Shown here piece by piece: positions 1 through 12,703 of a stretch of 64,000 bases of DNA. The translations under genes were made by a program, and so were the position numbers. The stretch comes from Phoronis australis (Eukaryota; Animalia; Phoronida): the NCBI GenBank assembly GCA_002633005.1, contig NMRA01000732.1:1-64000 (forward strand), written 5' to 3'. The notes beneath the pieces were generated by a model. The model searched no databases, was not told the DNA's origin, and saw only the letters and a program-made list of their open reading frames with translations. Numbering within the stretch: position 1 is the first letter of the stretch; the number at the start of each line of letters is the position of its first letter.

Positions 1-169
1 GTTATGGGGTAGGTACTTCTTGGATCCTTATAACATCTTCTAACCATGTAATAAGGGTTAACAACGCGTGAGACAAGGACTTTAATAACAGCAATTTGCA
101 CTCATCGTTCAACCAAAATCTGTATTATCTGTAATATTTATTTGGTTAGCTATTTTTGAAAAGTTAGAC

Positions 170-440
170 ATAAAAGTCTTGATCCACACAGTTTTTTTTA
201 GTAAAAAGATCACTACAAGAGAGCTGTTTGTGTAAACTTACATGTAAAAGCCTTGTTCAACGCACTTTTTGTAAAAACCTCTCTGTGTGTGTGGGGGGGA
301 GGCAGGCCTTCATGCAGCGTACGTCCTGGGCGTCCAAATGGACGCCGTAGCACTAATGTGGACACTCTGGCAAGGACGCCCAATGTATCATTTGGACGCC
401 CTGTCAATCAGAATTTCTCCAGTTTGGACACCCACATTGT
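170..440. repeat. Dispersed repeat shared with 61220-61610
   Basis: gcaggcctt.atgcagcgtacgtc.tgggcgtcca...ggcaaggacgccca and cagttttttttagtaaaaa...gctgtttg.taaactta.atgtaaaa occur at both loci, with the two blocks in opposite order. Confidence 0.7.
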
Positions 441-1099
441 AAGATTACTAAGACTCCCAGTTAATCAAAGAGAGAAGTTGGCCCTTTCAACTCAGAAAGT
501 CTCGCTGGTTCCCTGCGTGCTTAGCCCAGCCAGCACGCAGGTATCACCTAGTGGCACGCGCTTTAGCATTGGTCGAAAACCCCCCCGTAGATCCGCCACT
601 GCACAATTCCAAAAATTCACGCACATCGGCTCCAACTGATGAATCGACCGTCGGCGTCATGGTCTCTGCTTTGGTTTCTTGCGTTTCCACTAGGTGGTAG
701 ATAACACGCAGGAATCCTACTCAGTAACTCGCGTACCACTGGTTGATGTAACCTCGGCAGTCCGACATGCATGGTTAGCTTTACAAGAAAGAAAATTGCG
801 GACTATGAACGATTTTTTAGCCTTGTCATGCAAGTGGCGTTAACGTTACTAAGTACAGTAAATATTTCTTTTCGCTGCAGTAACGTGAATGTTCAATGGA
901 GGCGTGCTTGAAGCACATACTTTGAACAATCGAACACCCATCTGACCGATCGGATTTTACTGATGTGATATGCTCGGTTGAACATGAACTTAAGCACCGA
1001 TTTGTCTCTACTACCATAGACTACGAGTAGCCTATCTGTGGTACAGCAGACAACATTTTTTCACATTTCCTCCATCAGTCATGCCAGTTTGTTTAGGAA

Positions 1100-1308
1100 A
1101 AGCGCTACATGTCGAGAACTCGACCACCCAACCAGAAGCGCCGATGTAAAAAATCCCGCGGCCGTGCGTGTTCTCTAATCCCTAGCGGACACTCAGGGAA
1201 CCAGGGAGTCATGACGGCCTGGATGTCGCCAATGCCACCTATAGGCAACCGGAGGGCAACTTCCGGTTGCGAAGAGCGACTGTCTTTGTCTGAAAATTTG
1301 CTAGCAAG
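1100..1308 (+). promoter_or_regulatory. Probable BCL7 promoter/5' UTR, CpG-enriched, with an ETS-type site
   Basis: Local GC/CpG enrichment directly upstream of the ATG; ACTTCCGG (CCGGAAGT on -) at 1259-1266. Confidence 0.45.
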
Positions 1309-1400
1309 ATGATGTCCAGGTCCTTTCGTGCTGAGACGAGGAGTCGCGCTAAAGAAGATATAAAACGAGTCATCACTGCTATCGATAAAGTTAGGAAATG
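1309..1400 (+). CDS. BCL7: BCL7 exon 1 ([31 protein letters not shown])
   Basis: ATG at 1309; near-identical to the BCL7 N-terminus; donor TG|gtaacg at 1401, phase 2. Confidence 0.95.
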
Positions 1401-4400
1401 GTAACGTGCTTTAATCAGGGTACTGGTACCTGAACAACACCACGAACAACTAATGTCTTATCACAGACACAGAGGTCAGAGTAGGCAATGACCATCGCCT
1501 CTGTTGGCCCGAACCAGAGGCGATGCAGAGGCTATAGGCGCTCTGTACGCCGGAAGCTTTTCTGCGAATTATGCCTCGCACCGACTAAACCATCAAAGTC
1601 ACGTTGTTATAAATACCTTTTGTGCATAGAGGAACGCCTTAGGAGGTTGTCGATGTGTTTAATTCCTTCCAACTCGAACAAATACTCCCGTTATGAAACT
1701 TTTTCTTCGAGCAGTCCCTATTTCAGTTCCCAAAATCGTGAAATCAACATTTTCATTTTTTTAACCAGGCCGAAGGTCAGAAGTTGCGGATCTACCGGCG
1801 AACTTTGAAAGCTGAAGTTCCCGCCCTTCGTGTACGTGTTGCCAGGAACCAGCCGTGCATTTGCCGTGTTGTTAAACATTAAAATGTCAAATATGTGCAC
1901 AAAGACTATTAAATGTCATATCAGCATTTATTTTTATCAAATACAAACAATAATTCATTGAAATACAATCAGTTTCAAGTAACGCCAATTAAAGGCAAGT
2001 ATAAGTGGTGGCATTTTGGAAACGAATATTTGACTGACAAGACCGCAATGGCTCACCTTTGGCCTATTTAAAGATTGAGGTCATGAAGTCGCATCACCTA
2101 GCGAGCGCGGTAAAAATTGGAGCGTGCGCAGTATAAAAATGGTGAGTTCACGATTTTGGGAACTGAAATAGGGACTGCTCGAAGAAAAAGTTTGATAATG
2201 GGAGTATTTGTTCGAGTTGGAAGGAATTAAACACATCGACAACCTCCTCAGATGTTCCTCTATGCGCAAAAGGTATTTATAACAACGTGACTTTGATGGT
2301 TTAGTCAGTGCGAGGCATAATTCGCCGAAAAGCTTCCGGCGTACAGAGCGCCTATAGCCTCTGCATCGCCTCTGGTTCGGGCCAACAGAGGCGATGGTCA
2401 TTGCCTAATCACAGAGACAGACACAGAGTCAGAGTTAGCCAGCCAGCTAGCTGTATGAAGACCTGTCGTCAAAATACAGCTAGGTCCCACTGCGTGTATT
2501 TCTTCCTTAGACAGCGAAATTGCACACAGCCAAGGTAGTTCTGCTCGTCACCGCGCCATGAAACTTGTATCAACATGTAAAGCTAAAGACCGGACAGTGT
2601 GCATGCAAAATCTGGGAGTCAACCGACACTCACCTTGCCCGTTACAGCCGTTTAAGTGAAAAACAATGCAATAAACTTCATTTTCTTGCGTAACTCCATG
2701 CCTTTTCTAACAATGAAAAGTATTTTGTCGTTTTGAAAACAGTACGCTCGTGTCATGCGCACGCGCCATTTCCTAAATTTATGCGACATCTCTCGAGAGA
2801 TAATGATAGCTTGGAAGCAACAAAATTTCTTCTGAAATTCGATTTTTTGGTACCAAAATTCTAAAGACTTTTAATGAGGTGAAAACAGTTCTGATAATTT
2901 GTTGTGACGTGTACGCAGCCTCGTGAAAGAACAACAGTTGATTGAAGAATCGTCGAAAAAAGAAACTGGCCAATAGGTGACGCAAAATTTCATGGCGCCG
3001 AAAGCGGTCACTAAAGATCGCTCCACAACTTTAGTAGCAGAATAAGGGTAGAACGCCATTTTTGCCAACACCGTTAAATAATTTAAATTACTCAAGGAAG
3101 ACTGTAGTTTTTAATGACGCTAATTTTGTGTCAGATTTTATCTTACCACTTTTTTACCCGCATCGGTGCAAAGCTGTATATTTATATATATACAGCTTTG
3201 TACCAAGGCTAAGTCAGAGTTGGCCTTGGTACAAAGCTGTATACTAAATATACAGCTTTGCACCGATGTATCTAAAAAAAGTGGTAAGATAAAATCTGAC
3301 ACAAAATTAGTGTCATTAATCAACTGTTCTTCTTTCACGAGTTAGCGTACACTTCACAACAAATTATCGGAACTGGTTTCACTTCATTATAAGTTTTTAG
3401 AATTTTGATACCGAAAAACCGAATTTCAGAAAAAATTTTGCTGTTGCTAAGCTATCATCATCTCTCGAGAGATGTCGCAAAAATTTAGGAAATGGTGTGT
3501 GCGCATGACACGAGTGTACTGTTTTCAAAACGATGACATGGTTTTCATTGTTAGAAAAGGCGGAGAGTTACGCAAGAAAATGACGTTTATTGCATTGTTT
3601 TTCACTAAAACGGCTGTAACGGGCAAGTTGAGTGTCAGTTGATTACCGGGTTTTGCATGCACCCCGTCCAGTCTTTAGCTTTACATGTTGATACAAGTTT
3701 CACGGCGAGGTGACGAGCAGAACTACCCTGGCGTGCAATTTCGGGGTATACGGAAGAAATGCACACAGTGGTACCAACGTAGCTGTATTTTGACGACAGT
3801 CTTCATAGAGCTAGCTGTATGAAGACTTGCAAAAATACATCTAGGTACCACTGTATGTATTTCTTCCGTAGACCCCGAAATTGCACACAGCCAGGGTAGT
3901 TCTGCTCGTCACCTCACCGTGAAACTTGTATCAACATGTAAAGCTAAAGACCGGACGGGTTGCATGCAAAATCTGGGAATCAACCGACACTCAACTTGCC
4001 CGTTATAACCGTTCAAGTGAAAAACAATGCAATAAATGTCATTTTCTTGCGTAACTCTCCGCCTTTTCTGACAACGAAAAGTATATTGTCATTTTGAAAA
4101 CAGTACGCTCGTGTCACACACACGTGCCATTTCCTAAATTTCTGCTACACCTCTCGAGAGGTGATGATAGCTTGGCAGCAGCAAAATTTGTTCTGAAATT
4201 TGGTTTTTCGGTATCAAAATTCTAAAAACTTATAATGAAGTGAAACCAGTTCCGATAATTTGGTGGGACGTGTATGCAACCTCGTGAAAGAACAACAGTG
4301 ATTGAAGAATCGGTGAAAAAAGAAACTGGCCAATAGGTGACGCAATGTTTCATGGCGCCAAAAGCCGACGCAGAAGATCGCTCCACAACTTAAGCAGCTG

Positions 4401-7400
4401 AATAACAGTAGAACGCCATTTTTTCCAACACCGTTAAATAATCTAGTTTACTCAAGGAAGCCTGTACTTTTTAATTTGACGTAATTTTGTGTCAGATTTT
4501 ATCTTTCCACTTTTTTAGCCACATCAGTGCATAGCTGTATATTTAGTATACAACTTTGTACCAAGAGTAATCCTACTAGTGCTGTGCTGGATAAGAGATC
4601 AGTAGCTGTCTCGCAATTAAAAAATATCGCCAAAATTGTGTGTTTTCATTCAAAAGACACAGCACCATCTCAGGTAATCTCTCGAAGTCTTGCTTTTTAG
4701 CAATGTCCTATGGTTACTGAACTCTACCCTTGTGTGTGACGCAGTCACTGACACTGTATCACTATCATTCGGGCCACGTTCAGTTTGGTAGGCAGGTGCA
4801 GTGAAAGTATCTTGTGAGAAAAGCAAGAGCTTGAAAATATGCAAGATACTAGCATCACCATATTTTCCAAAGGAAGCACGGGATCACTCCAGCTTTTCTC
4901 CTGATTGTCTTGCCACATCTAGGGATCGAACGCAACTCTGTTTGTGAACTTAGCTCTCGCTTATAAGAAACAACCGCACACGGCTGTAGACAAATGCGCA
5001 AGTACTGAGACTTGAGCCCAGGATCTTTGGTGTGCAAGTCGAGCATCCAAGCTGATTCGCCAATAGAAATTGTCGTGTTGGCAAGTGATTTGTCGAAGTT
5101 TTTATTTGACTGCTTGCCCTAGTCATCTCGCCCATCGCATCATCGCTGGTGGTATCCTGATCTTTCAGTGACACTGGGGTGTGTCTTGGAATTTACCTTT
5201 GGCGACAATGACTGTGCTGGACATCAGTCAGGTTAGCCAGCCAGCTAGCTGCGTGAAGACTATCGTCAAAATACAGCTAGGTACCACAGTGTATTGAGCT
5301 CAGTTACATCCTGAAATTTTACACAGCCCAAGTAGTTCTGCTTGTCACCTTGTTGTGAAACTTCTATCATTAGAGCTAATGAACAGGGGGGAGGGGGGTA
5401 TGCATTCAAAACCTGGGCAACTGACACTCACCGTGCTCATTACATCCATTGAAGTGAAAAACAATCTAATAAACATCATTTTGTTGCATAATCTGTCGTC
5501 GTTTAGAAAACTGTATGCTCGTGACACATGTGTGCGCCATTTCCTAAATTATTTGCGACATCTCACAGCAGGTGACGGCAGCTTCGCAGCAGCAACATTT
5601 GTTTGGTGGTATTAAAGTACTAAGATCATATATCAAAATTAAATCAGGTCCGGTAATTTGATGAACGCAACCTTGTGGAAGAACTATTGATTGAATAATC
5701 AATGAAAAGAAAAACTGGCCAATCGTGATGCAATATTTCATGGCGCCGAAAGTCGATGCAAAAGATCGCTCCATAACTTTTGCAGCAGAATAACTTTGGC
5801 ACTAATTTTGTGTTAGATTTTATATAGCCATTTTTTTAACCACATTAGCATGATGTAGTATATTTAGTAAGGTTACAGTCTGGTCTGCTTTGCAATTTGG
5901 TGGAGCATAACTCTCATTCGAGTCCTATGTGTGCCTCTCTGGGTCATGAATTTCACCTTAATTAGGCACCAATGCTCAGAAAAATCCACAAGTACTGAAC
6001 CTGGTATCTTCAGTATCCAAGTCAAGCATCCAAATCAGTCTGCCAATAGGCAGTTGGTTGTTAGTGGCAGGCCATTTATAAAAGCATTAATTGACTGTAC
6101 GTCATACCCAGAACTGTAAAAACTCAAATTGCACGACCTGTAATTTATGTTCACTGACTTGTTAATTTGTGCCCAAACTCCCAAAACACAGTTTACACAC
6201 TCAAAAAGCACGGCTTATATACTCGCACGGCTTATATACTCGCACCCACCAAGAGAAAGATGACTTTGATGGTATGGTTCCTGGCACTTGCTGGACCTGA
6301 ATATTATTGGTTCTTTTGTGTTTTCCTTGGTTCCCTTAATTTGCGTTGGCTTGATTGTGGTGATCAGAACAATTGCAGTAAATAATCAGACGACAATGAT
6401 TACAGTAGTACGGGTTGTTGCATGTTGACATATTTGAGCAAAATTTGATGCCAGTCTCTTAATATCAATACTTAAATGGGTAAAAAAACCTGGTTTTCAT
6501 CTATTAACAGATATCAATAACTTTTCCATTCAGCTCTATAACCCTCGTCAGCCCTCAAAGGTTGGACCAAATTTGAAAACTCCTCATGCATGTAACCCGA
6601 GTTAAGTAACTGTAAGGAAATACCAACCACTTAGAATCATTCATTGGAACTGGAAATAATAAAGTGTAGTATCCCAGTAATAGATCTTGATATGGTCAGG
6701 ATGATGCAAAATATGAACACGAAAACTGGATTTAACTGTAGACAAATAGCTTGTATTGCTCTCAAATATGACTAACACTGAAGAAAGAGAATATATATCG
6801 GGCTACATTCTATAGAACTCTGTAGACTGCTTTGTACCAAAACACTCATTACCCAAACACTCAATAGACGTCGTTAGCATTCAGGAGATTGAAACTTCAA
6901 GTAGATAATAGAACAAATACATCTGTAAAAATAAAATACCAGGCACGCAGGACTCATGGGGAAGGTAGTCGCTGCTCATTGAGCACATGTGCCTTCCAAG
7001 TTGATTTGGGTACAAGTTGAGGTTGACCTGGATATAAGCTGACTTGAGTTCTGTACAAGTTGACTTGAGTACAGTACAAGTTGATTTAGAGCAAGTTGGC
7101 TATCACCACGTAAATAGACCTTGAAGATATGTCTTGTATGGTACATACGTTGGCCAGAGTTGATGGATGATATAGCCTACAGGCACGGTGTGGATGTTGA
7201 AGCTCTCGTGTGAACACACAATAATACACGTTGTTACGGTAACGAGGAATGTTGCTATGTTACTGGCTAGATTGGTAAAACATACCACATCTCAGTACTG
7301 TATGGTTCTGATGCAGTAAGTAAATGTTGAAGTTGCATATGTCTGATCAAGAATTATAACTTTTCAGGGAGAAGAAATGGGTTACCATTGGTGACACTAC

Positions 7401-10400
7401 AATGAGGATCTTCAAGTGGGTGCCAATGGTCAACCAAGATAAGGTGTGAATTGCAACTGCAGCTATTTCTGTTTTGGATTTATTTAGTAAAGTATATCTC
7501 CAAAACCTCTTTTGACTCTCAGACTATAGTAATTGAACTGACTGGTCATCACGTGCATTCTAACTTGTCTTTTATCCAAACCTGCATTTCGCCCCATCTA
7601 GCGTGTTAAAAACAAAATTCGAATTGAACCTTTTATGCTTGTACTGCGCCTTACTGTGTTAGGATTATATTTCAGTCACCGTAAGGAATGTCAAAACCAT
7701 CCGTGACTTCAGAGTTCTTTGGGGTTGCCTTACTATAAATTGTGGATTTGAAAATGGCATTTATTTGCAGTGCCTGGGACTTGAGTAGCCAGCTCACTCG
7801 ACAACAATTAAAAATTAAATTAGCGCTTCGGTTAAGTAGCTGCGTGATGCATATTAAACATGAAGATTTATCGTGGTCCATCAGAGTCCTTTGATTCTGT
7901 ACAAGTCTTCAGTGTAACATGTTCTTAGCTTAAAAGGTGAAGACTATTCACTACTTGAACACTTTGGTGGCGCTGCAAAAATGATTGTTGTTTAGTACAC
8001 AACGCCTCCTTTAGCATCAATTTTAACAATGCAAACATGAAAGTATGCGGGTTCCAAACATGCAGAACCATTGTAGCTGGGACATAATGCCTCGTTTTCA
8101 AGTATTATGGCCAATTCGTGCAAGTAGTGAATGGGTAACATTCGGTGTTGCCTTTGACAACTGTTCATTGGCCCAGATGTTTTTGTTTTATTCTTTTGTG
8201 CCTAAAATGTCAAGAAATTTTGACTGGGCTCAAAACAATTTCTGGCAGTGTCCTGCATCCAGGATTTTGTGACTTAAGAACTTGTCTATTCAGTTTTCAT
8301 TTAAGTTGAGAACTTAAAAAATGATAGAGCAGGCCCCCTACCAAGCCCACCTTCAGTTGTTAGTTGTGCTCACATGCAGGAGGATAAGCGGAAGGCACTG
8401 CAGCGACAAAAGTCCCGCGAAAAGCGCAAGTCTCAAAGTGAAGATCATGAGCAAGAAAACAAGGAGAATGCATGCTTGACTCAGGATGACACATCCAACA
8501 TGTCTAACCCTGACAGTACTGTCACAGACAAGTTCGATGCTTCTGCAACAGGTATTAGATCAGTGATACTATAGATCGTCAATTGACCTATGGCCAGGAT
8601 TTTGAATTACGGCTTAACTAACCAATCAGAACGCAGCATTCTTGACACACCTTCGTTTCCAAGCCGCCATGTTACCCGACAAACAACACGTTGCCGGGTA
8701 AAACTTATTATTTGTCAACATAGCGCAAGGGGCGGAGCTTGCGATAGGTCAATCATTGGAGGACATGTGTTGTGTGAATAAACTGATGACACTGCCATAG
8801 TCCAACACAATTACTTTTAGGATAGTGCTACTGTTAAACTTTGTGGAACTGTATGCGGACATTGGTGTTTGAGAGCAGTAGATGGTATGGATGAGAAAAA
8901 CATTTTTGAGTAGAATGTAAAAAAATTGTGTCAAAAAACTATCGCAGTTGGATTTCCAATAACCTTGCCAGTCAAATTAATATGTCCTCTTCTAGTCACC
9001 AGTATGTCCATGGAAATACAAAACTGATCATTTTGAGAGACATTACAGACCTTGGTCAGTTGCAGTTGTATCTAATGGTACACTTTTAAATTATCACTGT
9101 AGAGCTTCAGGCCTACAGTTGGCCTGGGAGTGTTTGCGGACTGCTCAGTAAGTCTAATGTTGTTGCATAATGACATTCTTAGTAGTTGTAATGAATCTAT
9201 TCAATGTTTGAGGTAACTCCTCTATGTTCCTGGATGAAAGCACCAGGCAGACAACCTTCAGCGAGATGAACGATGATTCTAACCTGTCATATCCCGAGTC
9301 CAACTCCAACAAAGTGTCGCTACAGGAGCAAGACTTAACACAAGAAGGGGACAGTGAGATGAGACTAGGTTGGCATTCAGTTTGAGTTTCAGTCGTAACC
9401 ATTTCTAGAGTCATAGGAGGCTAAATAAGCTGTTGGTAAAATTTGAATGAAACAAATATGTCCACTATGTCATTACAAACTTGTTTTACGTTATTAGACA
9501 TGAATTCAGGTTTTTTACTTATGGAAAATTCTGAAGTTAGATATTCTTTTTTTGGTTGTCTAGGAATGGTTAACTTGTTTCTATTTGTTCATGCTTTTCA
9601 TGTTGTTAATGCTCAGTATTTGTCCGACCTTGTCCTCTAAGAAGCTGAAGTGTCGGCACAGTATAGCTTTGACTACACGTTACTGACCCATAGTGTCTAC
9701 CATTGTGATTACAGCCATGAGCCTTGTGGGAAATGAAGAGAGCAACTCCCCAGAGAAGCCAACAAATAGTGCCGAGAATAGTCAGGGTTAGTTTACCAGG
9801 TGATAGACTCCTGAGAAAAAAGAACAAAGGGAAACTTAATACGACTGACGTTGGGACATCTTAAGGATGAATGAAATCCTTCACTGCATTAACTTTAGAT
9901 ATGCAAGATTAAATTACTTTAGCATTGGTGTAATGTACGTTTGATGCGCGTTTGCAACCACTGAACGACCGTTGCATTACTTGTGGAAAATTTTCTTTTT
10001 CGTCAATTTCTGTGTCTGTTGGAAATCGAGAACGTGTCACATTGAATTACTTCTAGATGCTAATTTGGAAATTGACATAAAAATCACCAACATGTATATG
10101 TGGGGAGCTGAGGGTCCGACAAGGGTTGTACGATATTCCTCCATTACACCAATGTTCAAGTGAGCGAGTAGGTGGAATCTGGCTCCATGCCCAAACTCCT
10201 ATGCTTTTAACTGCATTTTGTTGTTTGTCCCACGCATGTTGTATCAGTCGAGTGCAATACGGACATTTGATATTGTTTTCCGTATTTCCCTCCCAGACTA
10301 CAACAGTGCTCTCTGACATGGTAAGTTCAAAAGTAGGTTATTGTCAAATTGACGTCGTTAGCCAGTTAGATCATCAAACTTTCCTAAAATAGTAAAGTAA

Positions 10401-11466
10401 TACTTTTGCAGCAGTATAAATAACACTCAATATGCAATCAGATACAAACGTAACATCTGAAACAAAACCATTAATTATATGACACTTCTGTCTCAGTTTT
10501 CAATTTCTAAATATTATATCGTCTGCATCTGAGGTGCCGATTCCCCGGTAACCACTTATTAATATCAATAATTGTTGTTATTTAACTATTTTCAGGAAAT
10601 GTTACAAGTTCAATGCACAATTACTGTTATTTTCATTTTTGATTTCTCTTTTCAAGTAGTAAATCGTTACATTTAATCCTGTTTAATTTATTAGGGAAAA
10701 CTTGTAACCCACACAAGTACATACAGGATGTGATCCGCAACGTAAACAGTGTTGGTGAAGTATTAAAAAAATCTGCTGAAAAAATGAAAGAAACTTTGGA
10801 AATCTAAGCGTATGGGATAAATATGAAACATATACCCAGATTGGCATAGATGAATATACCACTCAACACTATTCCACGTATCGATACTCGGAATAATGTC
10901 TCGTGGGATATTACTTCATCTACGCCACTCTCAATATGTTTTTTGTATTTTTATCTCAGCTGCTTGACTTTTTAGTGACGTAGAACCTGCTTTGAAAGTA
11001 AGTGGCAGTGTAACCTTTTATCCTTTTTTACATTGTCCAGTGTATTACCCTGAAAGTCATGCAGCAGACGTGTTTTAAGAACCAAATTTACGCGTTACCA
11101 TTGAATGAAGGCTCGTTTGTGAAACTGTGGACACGGGCTGGTTGCAAGCCATAAGTGACTACGTATCAGTAATTTTGCAACTCACATTTTGTCTGGTGTC
11201 TTTTTTAAAAGCATGTTATCTCACTAGAGGACAAATAAAAATCAATTTGTAAGGAATGTCCTACTGAACACAAACATGTTTGAACTGTTCTTTTTATCAA
11301 TTTCTTGGACATGCAGAGCAAAAACAGAAGGTACTTCAATTTTTTTGGGATAGTCTAGTATTACTATTACCTTGCAGACTCTGAGCAAGATCCTCCAGTG
11401 TTAGAGAGAGAATCTGAAGATCCGCCAGCCAAGAAACAACGAACAGAGTCCTCTTCAGGCAGCTGA
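1309..11466 (+). CDS. BCL7: BCL7-family protein (BAF/SWI-SNF subunit), spliced CDS join(1309-1400,7368-7443,8380-8551,9213-9368,9715-9786,11378-11466), 218 aa
   Basis: Exons 1+2 give [50 protein letters not shown], the BCL7 N-terminal signature. All introns are GT-AG with compatible phases (2,0,1,1,1). Total 657 nt ending TGA. Acidic/Ser-rich C-terminal half with a PPAKKQR motif. Confidence 0.88.
1482..2407. mobile_element. Non-autonomous DNA transposon with ~275-bp TIRs and TAG...CTA termini (possibly Academ-like)
   Basis: 1482-~1755 is the reverse complement of ~2133-2407, which explains the mirrored 106-aa ORFs. A diverged family member starts at 63761. Confidence 0.85.
2448..3813. mobile_element. 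Foldback element: very long inverted arms around a ~12-nt spacer (about 3210-3221), termini TAGCTGTATGAAGAC
   Basis: The 2448-3209 arm is mirrored by 3222-3813 (right arm has an internal deletion); each arm has a nested palindrome near the centre. Confidence 0.85.
3812..4565 (+). mobile_element. Third arm copy of the same foldback family, abutting the previous element
   Basis: Starts tagctgtatgaagac; colinear with 2448-3205. Confidence 0.8.
5232..5870 (+). mobile_element. Older, diverged arm copy of the same family
   Basis: gttagccagccagctagctgcgtgaagac...gccatttcctaaatt...catggcgccgaaag, colinear with 2435-3190. Confidence 0.75.
7368..7443 (+). CDS. BCL7: BCL7 exon 2 ([25 protein letters not shown])
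   Basis: Acceptor acttttcag|, completes the split Trp codon, conserved KKWVT.GDT..RI.KWVP, donor AAG|gtgtga. Confidence 0.95.
8380..8551 (+). CDS. BCL7: BCL7 exon 3 ([57 protein letters not shown])
   Basis: Acceptor cacatgcag|, open phase-0 frame, charged low-complexity sequence, donor ACAG|gtatta. Confidence 0.82.
8581..8755. mobile_element. Small MITE-like insertion
   Basis: Short inverted ends attgacctat / ataggtcaat around a GC-richer core. Confidence 0.35.
9213..9368 (+). CDS. BCL7: BCL7 exon 4 ([52 protein letters not shown])
   Basis: 156-nt open phase-1/1 frame with an NDDSNLS motif resembling BCL7 DENSNQS. The only in-frame acceptor is a weak tttgag|; donor CTAG|gttggc. Confidence 0.68.
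9715..9786 (+). CDS. BCL7: BCL7 exon 5 ([24 protein letters not shown])
   Basis: Acceptor gattacag|, 72-nt phase-1/1 open frame, donor CAGG|gttagt. Confidence 0.7.
10813..10958. repeat. Degenerate palindromic (MITE-like) element
   Basis: gataaat..aaacatat..tggcatagatgaa..tattcc / ggaata..ttcatctacgcca..atatgttt..tttatc, centred on tatcgata at about 10880. Confidence 0.55.
11378..11466 (+). CDS. BCL7: BCL7 last coding exon ([29 protein letters not shown])
   Basis: Acceptor taccttgcag|, phase 1; PP.L and PP.KK.R motifs like BCL7 C-termini; TGA 11464-11466. Confidence 0.8.
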
Positions 11467-12697
11467 GCAAATATTGTATTTTCTGTCTTTTATGTTGTGA
11501 CCCAGTTTGCATCCGTTGAGGAATCAATACAGTGGCCTGACTTTCAAATGTATTCGTTGGGCATACTGCCTGCATGGTACAACTGGATGACACCTGGTGG
11601 CTGGACCTCAAATTATTGTGCTGCCAGTGACTGAACACTGCAATTCAGTGGTGCAACTCACAGCACATTGACTAAATTCTCTGCTAGTCTGGCCACTGTA
11701 TTGTTGGTTTATTATATGGCATCATTTGTAAATATGGAAAGATAAGGTTTTCCATTGCTGTCAACAGTTAAGAAACAACCACACTGTACAACACAGGTGG
11801 TTTTGTTGTGAGAAGAGAATCGTGCAAGCTAATTTAGCTACGAGTGCTAAAGGTTTTTAAATGACCAACTTATATTTTGATGGTGTTAATGGAACAGAGA
11901 TGATTGTTCTGTACCTTTATTGGCGTTGGTAGTTGTACATGTGTTCTATGAAGGGGACCAGGTGGATATGTTAATTCTTGGTCTACTTAACTAAAACTAG
12001 CAAATTCTTTTACTTATGTAAACCCATGAGTTCCAAAAAAAAACTCACTTGTAAAAAGAAACCATGTCATTTTTTCATGAACTCGTTATGTGTTAAAAAC
12101 ACTGATTTCGGAAATCCATACATTTTCACTCACAAAATGAACTTAAGCCAGTTTTCGATAACATTCACTACTAGCACACAGTCGCGATTTTGCTGGAAAA
12201 GGTGTTGTGTACTGCACGTTTGTTACGCACACTTTCAAGTTTGTGTTGTTCTAACGTTATGGTAAAACGAGGCACTGTGTACTAAACAACAATGCACAGC
12301 AATCATTTTTTCCAGAATCACCAGTGTGCAAGCAGTGGATTCAGGTTCCAAACCAACTAGGTTTTAGAAAGTTGAGGTGTAGAACTGAAGACTAGGAAAG
12401 TCTACTGTAGTTTTCAAAAAAGATGACAAATTTCACCTAGCATGTCAAAATCGTAAACGAATTTTGCAAAAAATGTTTGAGAATAATCTAAGAATTTTGG
12501 TGAAAAGAGAAGAAACAAAACTTGAGTAATTGAACACTGTCGAAAAATAGCCAAAACTGAGTTGTTATTAAAGAATGCATCAATAGTCTCAGCAGGTGGC
12601 GACTGCTGCCTTGGCAGGTGCTCCCTTTGGACCTTGCTCTCCAGACAGTTGAATGTTTTTAGAAATCTGTGATGATTATTCTAAAGTCGTTTTTTCC

Positions 12698-12703
12698 AAT
12701 AAA
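12698..12703 (+). terminator. Candidate BCL7 polyadenylation signal
   Basis: AATAAA about 1.2 kb after the stop, followed by T/GT-rich sequence (ttttattgttgtg). Confidence 0.5.

Noticed and set aside
600-1017. Possible divergent gene upstream of BCL7 (63-aa - strand ORF, acceptor-like site near 780)
   Set aside because: No recognisable homology and no consistent exon chain
1488-2401. Twin 106-aa ORFs ([12 protein letters not shown]...) on opposite strands
   Set aside because: They are the two TIRs of one transposon; no recognisable protein motif
4855-5080. Possible fourth THAP remnant (YLRIC...KAGVIP) or tRNA-derived SINE head, partly repeated at 5985-6060
   Set aside because: Too degenerate to call either way; lacks the HF motif and a full cloverleaf
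7925-12350. Inverted copies of a dispersed repeat (about 7925-8015 and 12265-12350) flanking BCL7 exons 3-6, as a circRNA driver
   Set aside because: Short and diverged, and the second copy lies in the presumed 3' UTR
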